Of a stretch of 43,283 nt of DNA, positions 28,579 to 38,529 are shown one piece after another. The position numbers were made by a program, and so were the translations under genes. Source of the DNA: Candidatus Nanoarchaeia archaeon (GTDB taxonomy: Archaea > Nanobdellota > Nanobdellia > SCGC-AAA011-G17 > JACPNG01); contig JASLOB010000014.1 of assembly GCA_030745695.1 (NCBI GenBank), forward strand, positions 1 to 43,283. Direction: 5' to 3'. The first letter of the stretch is position 1. Each line of letters begins with the position of its first letter. Under the pieces are notes generated by a model, which was not told where the DNA came from, did no database searches, and worked only from the letters and a program-made list of their open reading frames with translations.

Positions 28579-28923
28579 TCATACTCTCTTAAATTTTTTT
28601 GTAAGAAAGATTAACTTTGCAAATTGCAAGGGATACATAAGAATACTTAGTAAACTATATTCTATTTTTTTGTGCCCATTAAAATCAAGCTCTAACGGTT
28701 CCAATTTTTTAGTTTTTTTAACAAACTTTAATATATTCTGATAATACTCTGTTACATAATAAGCTCCATAGTTTATTTTTCCATTCTTAGAAGTACAAAT
28801 TCTACCTCCAATATTTTCAGTTATTACTAGAAAATTATTTTTGCCATATTTTTTCAAGTGATGGGCACACCCAATTCCAGACACCCCTCTCCCAATTATA
28901 ATTATATCATACTCTTTTTTCAT
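28579..28923 (-). pseudogene. truncated FAD-dependent oxidoreductase (N-terminal Rossmann fragment)
   Basis: IIIGRGVSGIGCA..IGGRI..YGAYY, then stop at 114 aa. Confidence 0.7.
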
Positions 28924-28955
28924 AAAACAACAAAAGAAAGAACTAATTATAAATC

Positions 28956-29363
28956 TTACCTAATCAAAATAGAAACAATAAAAATCAAAACTGTTAACGC
29001 GGCTGAAATCAAACAATAAAAACAATAATTCTTGAGAATTTTTGCCTGTATATAAGTCAAAAAGCCTGAGAATAAAACTCCAAGTCCTGATCCAATTAGT
29101 AATATATTCTTAATCAATAAACTCCCATCATACAATAGATAGATTCCAATTACGAAAGCAGAAAGGTAAAATATCAAGCCTAAGATTTCATTCTTAATTC
29201 CAAACGTTTTTCCATAATCACTTTCAACAACATCACTACAATTATCTCCTATAGGGCAGACAAGCTTCTTTTCTCTCTTAAAGTGTTTATATGTTAGATA
29301 TCCAGAATCAATAATTCCTAGTAATGCTAAAACAATCAAGGAAACAATAAACTGAATTTCCAT
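28956..29363 (-). CDS. vitamin K epoxide reductase (VKOR) family protein
   Basis: CPIGDNCSDVVESDY, CFYC, 4 TM. Confidence 0.93.
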   Translation of the reverse strand: MEIQFIVSLIVLALLGIIDSGYLTYKHFKREKKLVCPIGDNCSDVVESDYGKTFGIKNEILGLIFYLSAFVIGIYLLYDGSLLIKNILLIGSGLGVLFSGFLTYIQAKILKNYCFYCLISAALTVLIFIVSILIR

Positions 29364-29728
29364 TATTTTCCTCCTTCACATGTTAAAACAGAAAGAGCAA
29401 TTGCCATAAACAAAATAGCAACATCTCTAAAAACAATATCTAAAACAAAAATATTTCCAACCACTATTAACAACATTGTAACAGCTGCAACAACAGAGGC
29501 CCAAAATATCTTCTTATTAGATAAAAGCCAGAGAGCTAATAAAATCTCATAAACTGAGAAAGCCATAAGAAAAGTTTCTCTGCCCGATTCTATAAATCCA
29601 GGAATAAATCCTATCCAATTATTTGGCGTTATAAAAGCAGTGATTGCAGCATATAAGAAAACAATAGCTAAACCGACTCTTAATAGAAAACATCCAAATG
29701 TCTTATCACAATACTCTCTTTTTGCCAT
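29363..29728 (-). CDS. DoxX family membrane protein
   Basis: LLRVGLAIVFL, YEILLALWLL, FRDVAIL. Confidence 0.85.
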   Translation of the reverse strand: MAKREYCDKTFGCFLLRVGLAIVFLYAAITAFITPNNWIGFIPGFIESGRETFLMAFSVYEILLALWLLSNKKIFWASVVAAVTMLLIVVGNIFVLDIVFRDVAILFMAIALSVLTCEGGK

Positions 29729-29736
29729 CTTAAATC

Positions 29737-30225
29737 TTAACTAACAATTATCTTTCCGCCCAAAGCAGCTCTTAAGTGATCATGATATTGCCAAACTCCC
29801 TCTTCATTAAATGTGAAGCTCCAACTCTCTTCTTTTTCTAATCCCCGACAAGCATCAAATATTTCTCCTTCTTCAGCTGTTCCACATTTTTCTACTCCAG
29901 ATCCAGGATAAACAGTATGTGTTGGATGAATATCACTAGCGGGCCAGCTCTTTCTATTAGCTTTATTAACAAAAGTCACAGTATCTCCTTTATTTATAGT
30001 CAGAACAGGTGGATTAAATCCAGAATCCATGATCCTTACTGTCTTTGTCTGAGAAACAACTCCTTCTGGCCCCCCTATAACTTCATCACTTCCAGGAGCA
30101 GAAACTCCAGCAACATCCCCTAACGAGTCTCCTAAATCAATATCATCTCCGTTTCCAGAAAAAACAAATATCCTTATTAGAACAATCAAAATAACAATAA
30201 TCGTAATCCATAATCCCTTTCCCAT
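29737..30225 (-). CDS. membrane-anchored cupredoxin-fold protein
   Basis: GFNPPVLTINKGDTVTFVN, WPASDIHPTH, WSFTFNEEGVWQYHDHL. Confidence 0.85.
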   Translation of the reverse strand: MGKGLWITIIVILIVLIRIFVFSGNGDDIDLGDSLGDVAGVSAPGSDEVIGGPEGVVSQTKTVRIMDSGFNPPVLTINKGDTVTFVNKANRKSWPASDIHPTHTVYPGSGVEKCGTAEEGEIFDACRGLEKEESWSFTFNEEGVWQYHDHLRAALGGKIIVS

Positions 30226-30288
30226 TTCACAATTAACAAGAGTTAACTTATAATGGTTTCGTTAACTCTCTAGACTCTATTTACAAAA

Positions 30289-30573
30289 TCAAATTACCCA
30301 GCTTAAGAAGAACAATCCTAAAGCAACAACCATTGTAACTGTGTACCATTGCTTGCTCCAAGCAAGAACTTTAGCCCCATCAAAAGGCATAACTGGAATC
30401 ATATTGAAGGCAGCAAGTAAAGCATTAATTGTAAATCCAAAGCCACTTATGATTCCCAAAATTCCTGTTGAGTAAAACAATCCAAGTATCATAAACAGAA
30501 CAGCAAGAACAATATTTGTTACAGGCCCAACAAGGCTAATCTTTCCATTTCTCTCAAAACACCTATTAATCAT
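30289..30573 (-). pseudogene. C-terminal fragment of an M50 / site-2 metalloprotease
   Basis: ISLVGPVTN, FNMIPVMPFDGAK; no HExxH or N-terminus. Confidence 0.75.
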
Positions 30574-30641
30574 TTATTTACAGATTCCATTTAACACTAT
30601 TTTTCATTAAATTTATAAAACTATCTTTCATTAATTTTATT

Positions 30642-32087
30642 TTAAGATTTTAAAATATATCTCATAACATCTTCTACACCATAATCTATCCCATGTTCTT
30701 TAACAAGAGCTTTTACAACAGAAAAATCAGAACCAGAAGTAACTAAGGGAACTTCTCCTGGAGACCCTAAACCAACAGTAGAAGTTAATGCATTACATAA
30801 ACATACTTTATCTATTGTATCTTCAACATTCCCTCCATCCTTTTCATATCTCTCAAGATCATCTGCAGGACAACGTGTATCTACTTCTCCATCTCTTTCA
30901 TAAAGCTCAACAAGATAACCAAGATTGCATATACGTTCTCTTTCATCATATATCTCCTTTTGAGATAATGTATCTTTTACTTGAACTACTTTAAGTGGAA
31001 AACCAGTAGGAGAAGCAATTGGGCTTGTATGTGCTTCTGTACCACCCATAATCTCTTGTATAACTTTTCTTTTTAATTTTGGTTCTATTCCAGATTCTCT
31101 AGAAAAAGCAAAAGGTGTACCAACTTGAATACCATCAGCTCCCATTTCTAATGCTTCATTTAATTTATTTGCATAACCTCCCGCTAACCAATAGGGTTGT
31201 ATTGTATTATTTTTTCTTTGAGAATTTTGTCCTAACAACATATTTAGTTTACCCTCATCTATCTCATCTTTTTTCCCATAATTCGGTTCACCTTTTTCAT
31301 TTAATTCTTTAGATCTCGCAGGAGCATTATGACCTCCAGCTATCTCTCCTTCGAAAACATAACCATCTGATTGAGGTACTGCTTTTACACCTAAATGGTT
31401 TGAAACAATTCCTAGAAAGAAAGGAATGTCTAATTTTGGTTGTTCAGATAATACTTTTGGATCAAATTCTAATAAATAATCTTTACCATCAATAACTGGA
31501 ATTGATATTTTTGAATTTTTTCCTTCTGAAATATTTTCCATTACTTCAGGAATCTCTTTTGGAAGACCAGCACCAATTAAAACAACATCAACATCAGCAA
31601 TCATAGCTCCATAAATTGAAGGCATTAATGGCCATTGAATCTTATGTAAATAATTAATACCAACGGGATTACTATGTCCTTGTTTAGCAAGAAATACTTC
31701 GACAAAATTAGAAACAATAAGCAATTCTTCAAGATTTGGACCTCTTGAACTATCTTTCAAACTTAATATACCTTTACTATCTTGTTTAAATCTAGGATAA
31801 GGCGCAGGATGATACTTTGCAGTTTTTGATTTTCTTCCTTTTTTAAAATATTTATCAATAATCTTTTGAGTTAATTTTTTATCTGGGAAATTTTCTAATG
31901 CAAATATAAGTTCTACATCAAGCTTATGGTCTTGAAGTCTACGTACCATTATTGTATCAAGTGCAGTTCCAGAAACAACGCCTAATCCTCCTCTAGAAGA
32001 AACTTTTCTTGCTAAACGAAAATTAGAAACCCCTGCACCCATTCCACCTTGTATTACTTCCTTTTCAAGTTTTAACATCTCAAACAA
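30642..32087 (-). CDS. nitronate monooxygenase-family flavoprotein
   Basis: IQGGMGAGVS, EGEIAGGHNAP, WLAGG, GIQVGT, SPTGFP, CLCNAL; ATG at 32078 may be the true start. Confidence 0.9.
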   Translation of the reverse strand: MFEMLKLEKEVIQGGMGAGVSNFRLARKVSSRGGLGVVSGTALDTIMVRRLQDHKLDVELIFALENFPDKKLTQKIIDKYFKKGRKSKTAKYHPAPYPRFKQDSKGILSLKDSSRGPNLEELLIVSNFVEVFLAKQGHSNPVGINYLHKIQWPLMPSIYGAMIADVDVVLIGAGLPKEIPEVMENISEGKNSKISIPVIDGKDYLLEFDPKVLSEQPKLDIPFFLGIVSNHLGVKAVPQSDGYVFEGEIAGGHNAPARSKELNEKGEPNYGKKDEIDEGKLNMLLGQNSQRKNNTIQPYWLAGGYANKLNEALEMGADGIQVGTPFAFSRESGIEPKLKRKVIQEIMGGTEAHTSPIASPTGFPLKVVQVKDTLSQKEIYDERERICNLGYLVELYERDGEVDTRCPADDLERYEKDGGNVEDTIDKVCLCNALTSTVGLGSPGEVPLVTSGSDFSVVKALVKEHGIDYGVEDVMRYILKS

Positions 32088-32139
32088 TATAGAAAGTATC
32101 TCGAAGTTTTAATAGTTTTTTAAAAAAGTAGATAATATC

Positions 32140-32457
32140 TCAAAATTTTATAGTATCTCCAATTTTCATAGATATTGGATTTGTAAATTCCAAAATATAT
32201 TTAGCTTTTTTTCTTGGAATTATTAAAGGAGTAAAAGGTTTTAAATTTTTTTTAATATCAACTATTTTTTTATTTTTGTCTAACCAAACAACATTTATTG
32301 GATAAAAAACAAATAACATATCAATAGAAGCACCCATTCTAGATTCTTTATTTAATTCAAAAATTAATACATTATTAGATCTCTTAGAAAACCTTAATCC
32401 AATAAACTGAGATATTGGATCTTTATAAATTTGATAATTTTTAATGACTCTCTTCAT
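32140..32457 (-). CDS. DUF192 family protein
   Basis: GLRFS, MLFVFYPINVVWLD, AKYILE, IGDTI. Confidence 0.88.
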   Translation of the reverse strand: MKRVIKNYQIYKDPISQFIGLRFSKRSNNVLIFELNKESRMGASIDMLFVFYPINVVWLDKNKKIVDIKKNLKPFTPLIIPRKKAKYILEFTNPISMKIGDTIKF

Positions 32458-32621
32458 TTATGTTTTAATAGATGCAATCTTTCTCTAGTAGCTGATATTA
32501 TCATTAAAATTAACCCTAAAACTAAAACCATTGGAAACAATTTTTGTATAAAGAATGGAACTATGATTAAAATCAACCCAAGAAAGAACATAATTTCAAA
32601 TGTTGAATGAGGTGTTTTCAT
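32454..32621 (-). CDS. small membrane protein (55 aa, not in ORF track)
   Basis: MKTPHSTFEIMFFLGLILIIVPFF...; ATGA overlap with DUF192 gene. Confidence 0.65.
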   Translation of the reverse strand: MKTPHSTFEIMFFLGLILIIVPFFIQKLFPMVLVLGLILMIISATRERLHLLKHK

Positions 32622-32722
32622 AATATTATTGTTTATTTATTATTTATTAATCATTGTTTTACTTTTATAATAGTAAATCAAAGAAAGAAATTGTTATATA
32701 TTGATAGAAAATATATAAAATA

Positions 32723-33301
32723 GTGAAAAAAAGAGCTAAAAACAAAAATAAAGAATTAGGATTCAAAAAAGAGTTGTTTATAATACTATTAATTTTCTTA
32801 TCTATCTTATTATTCTTCTTAATAGAGCCAAAATATACTGGATTTGTTGTATTTCAACCATCTACACATAATTGGACATTCGATGATTCTAATGATTATA
32901 CATTTAATTCTAATTTAATTAATTTAACAAATGGAGAAGTTAATTTAACTCATTTTAGTACATATAGAATATTTGGTAGTGAATTTGAAGAAACTCCTCC
33001 AGTAAGTCGTTCAAGCAAAAAAACAGAAGATAGTGTGAAAAGTGAGGAAGTAGGAAAACAAGAGAAGATAGTTGAGGTTGAAGAAACACAGAAACAAGAA
33101 GAAACAACAGAAGAATCTAAACAAAAAGAAGAAAAAATAGAATTAAAAGAAGATATAAGTTCAGAAATAACAGGTAATACAACTAAAAATGTTAATATGC
33201 AGAATATGAGAACAATCACATCAATAGTTATAATATTAATTGTAGCTATCTCTTTTATATTAAGAAAAAAATTAAAGCCATTTTCTAATCTTAAAAAATA
33301 A
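32723..33301 (+). CDS. surface protein with N- and C-terminal TM anchors, possibly internally deleted
   Basis: TM + YTGFVV, short beta segment, acidic linker, ITGNTT + TM + basic tail. Confidence 0.6.
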   Translation: MKKRAKNKNKELGFKKELFIILLIFLSILLFFLIEPKYTGFVVFQPSTHNWTFDDSNDYTFNSNLINLTNGEVNLTHFSTYRIFGSEFEETPPVSRSSKKTEDSVKSEEVGKQEKIVEVEETQKQEETTEESKQKEEKIELKEDISSEITGNTTKNVNMQNMRTITSIVIILIVAISFILRKKLKPFSNLKK

Positions 33302-34174
33302 TAACATTAAAACAACAGTTATTAACATAAAACCTAAAGAAAACCAAAATCCATAATCATGTTGAGATAATGGTAAAACTCTAAAATTCATACCATAAAT
33401 TCCAGAAATTAACATTGGTATCAAAAGTAAAGACGCTATAACTGTAAAACTTTTCATAACCTCATTAAGTTTATTAGAAATAGAACTTAAATGTACTTCT
33501 AACACTCCAGTTAATCTATCTTTTATCAATTCTTCAGTATCTATAAGCTGAGAAAGTTCAATAAACAACATATTAAACAAAGTTTTATTCTTTAAGATTG
33601 GTATTGCACCACTGATTATATGTTCTACAACTTCTCTATCACCTGATAAAGCCTTTCTTAGATAAATTATATTTTTTTTCAAAGCAAATATTTGCCCCAT
33701 ATTACTCTCAGCTCTTATTGCTTTCTCTTCTATTTTATCTAGTCTATCTTCAATATCTTCTAAATTCTGTGAAAATTCTTTAATCAATCCTGAAAAAATT
33801 TCATATACTATCTTATTTACATCATTTGGTGTTTCCTCTTCCATTAAAGTTTGTAATGAAAGTATTTCTTCTCTATGAATAGTCATCACAAAATTTTTAG
33901 AAATAATTATTCCTATAGGTGTTATTGAAGTTTTACTAACAGATCTAAAGATTATTAAGCTATATTTATCTTTTTTATCTATTCTAGGCTTTTCTCTTCT
34001 ATCTAAAGCACATTTTAAATCATGTTGGATTAATTTTGTTTTTTCAATTATTTTATTCAATTCTTCACTAGTAGGATTTGAGACATCTATCCAATAAAAA
34101 TTCTTAGAAATATTAATTTTATCAATATCATGAAGTATCACACTCTTTTTTTTGATGCTTAATACATGAAGCAT
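33272..34174 (-). CDS. corA: CorA-family Mg2+/Co2+ transporter
   Basis: WIDVSNP, LNEVMK, GIYGMNF, two C-terminal TM. Confidence 0.94.
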   Translation of the reverse strand: MLHVLSIKKKSVILHDIDKINISKNFYWIDVSNPTSEELNKIIEKTKLIQHDLKCALDRREKPRIDKKDKYSLIIFRSVSKTSITPIGIIISKNFVMTIHREEILSLQTLMEEETPNDVNKIVYEIFSGLIKEFSQNLEDIEDRLDKIEEKAIRAESNMGQIFALKKNIIYLRKALSGDREVVEHIISGAIPILKNKTLFNMLFIELSQLIDTEELIKDRLTGVLEVHLSSISNKLNEVMKSFTVIASLLLIPMLISGIYGMNFRVLPLSQHDYGFWFSLGFMLITVVLMLLFFKIRKWL

Positions 34175-34204
34175 ATAGAAATGAAATTTTACTCATATAA
34201 ATAT

Positions 34205-34531
34205 TTATTGATTAGATTCCCTTAAATGCATTAATCCAACTAAAAAAGATAAAGCAGCAATTGGGATAATCATTAGTTCTATTCCTAAATAAAACAGATC
34301 AAATGGTATTATCTCTAATTTACTTGAGATAGACTCAAAAATATTTAAAGAAGAAGATAAATCAAAAGCTATTACAATAGTTATAAAAAACAATCCTATC
34401 AAAACTAAGTTTAATACCTCTTTAATATTCTCTTTTTTCTCAAATTTTTTTGATTTAATCATTAAAAAAATAGCAATTATTATTAAAATAAAAGACATTA
34501 TATCTATTCCAAAAAGAATTTCATTTATCAT
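34205..34531 (-). CDS. membrane protein (3 TM)
   Basis: hydrophobic; ATGA overlap with upstream coiled-coil gene. Confidence 0.75.
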   Translation of the reverse strand: MINEILFGIDIMSFILIIIAIFLMIKSKKFEKKENIKEVLNLVLIGLFFITIVIAFDLSSSLNIFESISSKLEIIPFDLFYLGIELMIIPIAALSFLVGLMHLRESNQ

Positions 34532-36321
34532 ATTCTTGACTTTCTCCTTTGAAGTTTTAACTCTTCCCTTTCATCTTCAAATTTTTCTTCACGATCTTCT
34601 AATCTATCTAATCTATCATAATATTGTTTTCTTTTTAATTTTAGTTTTTTCCATTCATTTTCTAATGTTTTTTTATCTTTATTTATTGTAGATCTATAAG
34701 AATCTAATCTACTCGTATCTCTATTTAATTTATTCTGTTTAATATCAATATCTTTGTATCTTTTTCTATCATTATCAAGTTTTTTCCTCATATCTTGTAT
34801 TTTTTTTGATTCTTTTTCTAATCTACTTTCTTCTTTTTTTAATTTTTTATTGAATTTCTCTAAATTATCTCTCTCTTCTTCTAACTCATCTTCTCTACCA
34901 TAAAATTCATTTTCTTTTTTTGATAAGTTATCCTCTCTTTGTTTTGATTTTAACTTTAAGTTATTCAAATCTTCTTTATCTTCTAACAAATCTTCTCTAT
35001 CTTCATGTAGTCTATCTTGATCTTTTAAAAGTCTATTTTTAGATTTATTCAATGATTTTTCTTCTTGCTTAATCAATGATCTTCCATAAACTAAACTTTC
35101 TTTTAATTCATCTAATTTTTTAAATTCTAATTCTAATTTTTTCTTTACTTCTTCTATCTTTTTATTTTCTGACTCTAAATTTTGTTTAGATTTATGTATT
35201 TTTTTATTTTCTGAAGTTATTTGTGAATTTAGATCTTCAACCTCTTCCTTCTTGTCTTCTAATTCATCTTCTAAACTAATAACTTTGTCTTCTCTTTGTC
35301 TTAACTTTAATTTTAGATTGTTAAAAGATTCTTTATCACTTAATAGAACTTCTTTGTCTTCATACAACCTATCTTGATCTGTCCATAACTTATCTTTAGT
35401 CTTATTTAACCTTTTTTCCTCTTGTTTAATAAATAATTTGTCATTAGACAAACTCTCTTTTAATGTTTTTAATTTTTTATTTTCTGACTCTAAACTTTGT
35501 TTTGATTTCTCTACTTTTCTCTTTTCTGATTCTATTTGTAGATTTAAATCTTCAACTTCATCTTTTTTATCTTCTAAATCACCCTCTAAATTTACAACTT
35601 TTTTTGTTCTTTGCTTTAAATCATCTAAAACATTCTTTTCTTTTTCTTTTAAACTGTCTAATCTAGGTCTAATATTTTTTTCTTCTCTTTCTAGTTTCCT
35701 TCTCTCAGATTTTATTGTTGATTCTTGTTTGTTTGAATCTTCTTTCTTTTGGTCTAATGATAATCTTTCTTTATTCAATTCTCTTTCTCTATCTCTAAAT
35801 GATTTTCTTTCTTCTTTTATCTTTTCTAATCTTACTTCTAATTTTTTACTACTTTCTTCTATAACTTTTTTTTCAACCCTAATCTTAGTTCTTTCTTTCT
35901 CTAATGATTTTTTCTCTCTTTCTAATCTTCTTATTTCAGGCATTATTATTTGTCTATCTATCTCATCTTTCATTGGATTATCTACATTTGGATCTAATAA
36001 TCCTTCTACTTGTAATTTTCTTTGATCACTATTTATCTTAAACTCTCTACTTGTAAAAGCAACCAATCCCAATAATATTATGAATTGCAAGCTAGATTGT
36101 AATGGCAATCTTACTAAATCTAGACTAGGGAAAAAAGAAAAAGCTCTCACAATAAAAACTAATCCTAATAACATAGAAAAAGTTACAATATTTTTAAGTT
36201 TAAACAAGTCTTCCTTACCTTGATTCTTTAGATTAAACCAGAGTAATACAGCTATTAAGAACAGTATAGAATAGATAAAACCTTGATAACTAGCTAATTG
36301 ATTTAATACTTCTAACACCAT
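34528..36321 (-). CDS. membrane-anchored long coiled-coil protein
   Basis: 3 N-terminal TM, then ~470 aa K/E-rich heptads with internal duplication. Confidence 0.85.
   Translation of the reverse strand: MVLEVLNQLASYQGFIYSILFLIAVLLWFNLKNQGKEDLFKLKNIVTFSMLLGLVFIVRAFSFFPSLDLVRLPLQSSLQFIILLGLVAFTSREFKINSDQRKLQVEGLLDPNVDNPMKDEIDRQIIMPEIRRLEREKKSLEKERTKIRVEKKVIEESSKKLEVRLEKIKEERKSFRDRERELNKERLSLDQKKEDSNKQESTIKSERRKLEREEKNIRPRLDSLKEKEKNVLDDLKQRTKKVVNLEGDLEDKKDEVEDLNLQIESEKRKVEKSKQSLESENKKLKTLKESLSNDKLFIKQEEKRLNKTKDKLWTDQDRLYEDKEVLLSDKESFNNLKLKLRQREDKVISLEDELEDKKEEVEDLNSQITSENKKIHKSKQNLESENKKIEEVKKKLELEFKKLDELKESLVYGRSLIKQEEKSLNKSKNRLLKDQDRLHEDREDLLEDKEDLNNLKLKSKQREDNLSKKENEFYGREDELEEERDNLEKFNKKLKKEESRLEKESKKIQDMRKKLDNDRKRYKDIDIKQNKLNRDTSRLDSYRSTINKDKKTLENEWKKLKLKRKQYYDRLDRLEDREEKFEDEREELKLQRRKSRI
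34930..35601 (-). repeat. intragenic tandem duplication (105 aa + 119 aa units)
   Basis: KVVNLEGDLEDKKDEVEDLN...QRED and KVISLEDELEDKKEEVEDLN...QRED. Confidence 0.85.
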
Positions 36322-36413
36322 TTTATCACTTTAGTATAGTATACTATTGTTACTATTTAAATTAAATGATATATAAAGTTTTTGCTAATTTATCACTTAT
36401 TATTTTCTTTAAC

Positions 36414-38036
36414 TTATCCATGACTATACCAAAATACTAATTTATCTTTTTCCTTAGAATCTAATCTTACAAAACCAAATCTAACAAATTGTACAACTTC
36501 ATTAACTTTTAATTTTTTAATATCTTTTTCAGCCAATCCACTTATTATTTGTTTATCTGGCATCAAAACTTCTACTTTAACCAAATCTTTAGAACAAGGC
36601 AACCAATGAATTAATTTAGCATTTAATTTTTGGTCTAATTCTTTAGATAAAAATTCATTATTCTTAAAGTTAAATAAATGCATTAATCTATATGGTTTAT
36701 TTTTTTCAATCTTATCTTTAATATAAAATTCATTATCAACTTTAAATTTTCTAAATCCTAATTTTTTATTATCTGGATGAAAAGGAACTTTTACTTCTGA
36801 TTTAAGAGAGTTGATTATCTTAATTTTTATTGGATCTTCAACAAAGAAGTATCTTTTAGCTTCTTTTTCTAATAATCTTTTGTTATGCATTATTAGATCA
36901 TTCCACTCCAACTCTGATTCAGATTTGGAAATTCCTGTAGATAAAACGAAATTCTTCAAAGCTTCTGGTTTAAAACCTCTCCTCCTTAAAGCTACAATTG
37001 TTATTAAACTTGGATCATCCCATCCAATCAATTCTTTATTATCTATTTTTTCTCTAATTACTCTTCCAGAACTAGACACCCCTCTTAAATTAAATCTAGC
37101 TAACTCATACATCTGAGTTTCTTTAAATCCTAAACTCTTTTGTATAAATCTGTGTAGTTCATTTCTTAATTCAAATTCTTTAGTTCTAAATCTATGAGTA
37201 ATTTTATCTAGAGCATCCATAACAGAATTTTCAAAATCATAAGTTGGCCAAACAATGTGTTTTTTACTAAGTTTAGGATGTTTTTCTTTTATTAATCTGA
37301 AAATTGTTGGATCCCTCATAGTAGAATTTTTATGTTTTAGATCTATTTTTAACCTTAAGACATATTTTTTCCCTTTAAACATCTCTTTCCATAATTTCAA
37401 ATTTTCTTTAACATCATTATTTCTATCCTCACATTCTTTACCTTTAGATCTAGATTCTCTAATGTCTTCTAATGAGTGTTTACATACATAAGCTTTCTCT
37501 TCTTTAATTAATTGTTCAGCTAATTTGTAGAATTTATTCATATTAGAAGAAGCATATGTAATCTTATTTGGTTTGATTCCTAACCAATCTAGATTATCTA
37601 AATAATTTTTATAGAATTCTTTTTTTACTAAAATTGGATTAGTATCTTCAAATCTAAAAATAAATTTTCCTTTTTTTATTTTAGCTAATTCATAATTTAA
37701 CATTAAAGCTTTTACTTGACCTAAATGCATATATTTACTTGGTTCGGGAGGAAATGCAGTTATAACTTTTCCTTTAATGTTATAAGAATTAAATAATCCT
37801 CTCTTTTCTACTTTCTTTTCTAATAATTTAGGATCTATTTTTTTTAATTTTTCTTTTTGTTCTTCTAAACTTAATTTATTAACCTCATCTACAATTTTTT
37901 TAGTTTCTAAAGCTACTTTTTTCTTATCTAAATCTTTAATCTCAGAAAAAACTTTTCCTATAACTGATCCTACACTTGCTTCCCCATTATATCTTATAGC
38001 ATTTTGTAGAGCATATTTTAATATAATATTGTTCAT
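36414..38036 (-). CDS. gltX: glutamyl-tRNA synthetase (archaeal type)
   Basis: FPPEPSKYMHLGQ, RFEDTNP, MRDP, WPTYDF, GWDDP, QFVRFGF. Confidence 0.96.
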   Translation of the reverse strand: MNNIILKYALQNAIRYNGEASVGSVIGKVFSEIKDLDKKKVALETKKIVDEVNKLSLEEQKEKLKKIDPKLLEKKVEKRGLFNSYNIKGKVITAFPPEPSKYMHLGQVKALMLNYELAKIKKGKFIFRFEDTNPILVKKEFYKNYLDNLDWLGIKPNKITYASSNMNKFYKLAEQLIKEEKAYVCKHSLEDIRESRSKGKECEDRNNDVKENLKLWKEMFKGKKYVLRLKIDLKHKNSTMRDPTIFRLIKEKHPKLSKKHIVWPTYDFENSVMDALDKITHRFRTKEFELRNELHRFIQKSLGFKETQMYELARFNLRGVSSSGRVIREKIDNKELIGWDDPSLITIVALRRRGFKPEALKNFVLSTGISKSESELEWNDLIMHNKRLLEKEAKRYFFVEDPIKIKIINSLKSEVKVPFHPDNKKLGFRKFKVDNEFYIKDKIEKNKPYRLMHLFNFKNNEFLSKELDQKLNAKLIHWLPCSKDLVKVEVLMPDKQIISGLAEKDIKKLKVNEVVQFVRFGFVRLDSKEKDKLVFWYSHG

Positions 38037-38115
38037 AATTTAATTATACAAATTATATATTTAAACGTGTTGGTAATGATTATGTTTATAAATAATTAGA
38101 ATTAAAAAAAATGTG

Positions 38116-38487
38116 ATGGAAGAAATTGAAAAATTAGAAAATGAAGAGAGTAGATGGCACCCAGTGTATGGTAATACTTACACTCTTGATATTCCTAGTC
38201 ATAATAAGAAGAAAAAAGTTAATTTTTTTGGGATAATACAAAATAGAAAAAATAAAGAAATAAAATTTATATTCTATGGAGAAGAAAAAGGTGAGGTATA
38301 TAGATATATAAGCTATGCTAATTCAACAGTCATATGGTTTGGTGATTTAGATGAAGGGCCATATGAAGCACTAATTAAAGCATCCCCTGGAAGAAGATTA
38401 AATGATGGACTTGAAAAAGACCACATTCTCAAAGTGTTAGAAAAAATGAATCTTGAAGAAAAAGTAAGTGATCTCCCAAAGACTTAA
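38116..38487 (+). CDS. hypothetical protein
   Basis: ~123-aa ORF with TTTATAAA upstream. Confidence 0.6.
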   Translation: MEEIEKLENEESRWHPVYGNTYTLDIPSHNKKKKVNFFGIIQNRKNKEIKFIFYGEEKGEVYRYISYANSTVIWFGDLDEGPYEALIKASPGRRLNDGLEKDHILKVLEKMNLEEKVSDLPKT

Positions 38488-38529
38488 ATACTACAATCTT
38501 ATTTTTTTCAATAATTAGGAGTTAATAAA

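Noticed and set aside
36414..38036. GluRS HLGQ in place of HIGH, and helicase DECD in place of DEAD
   Set aside because: Within plausible family variation; all other motifs are intact
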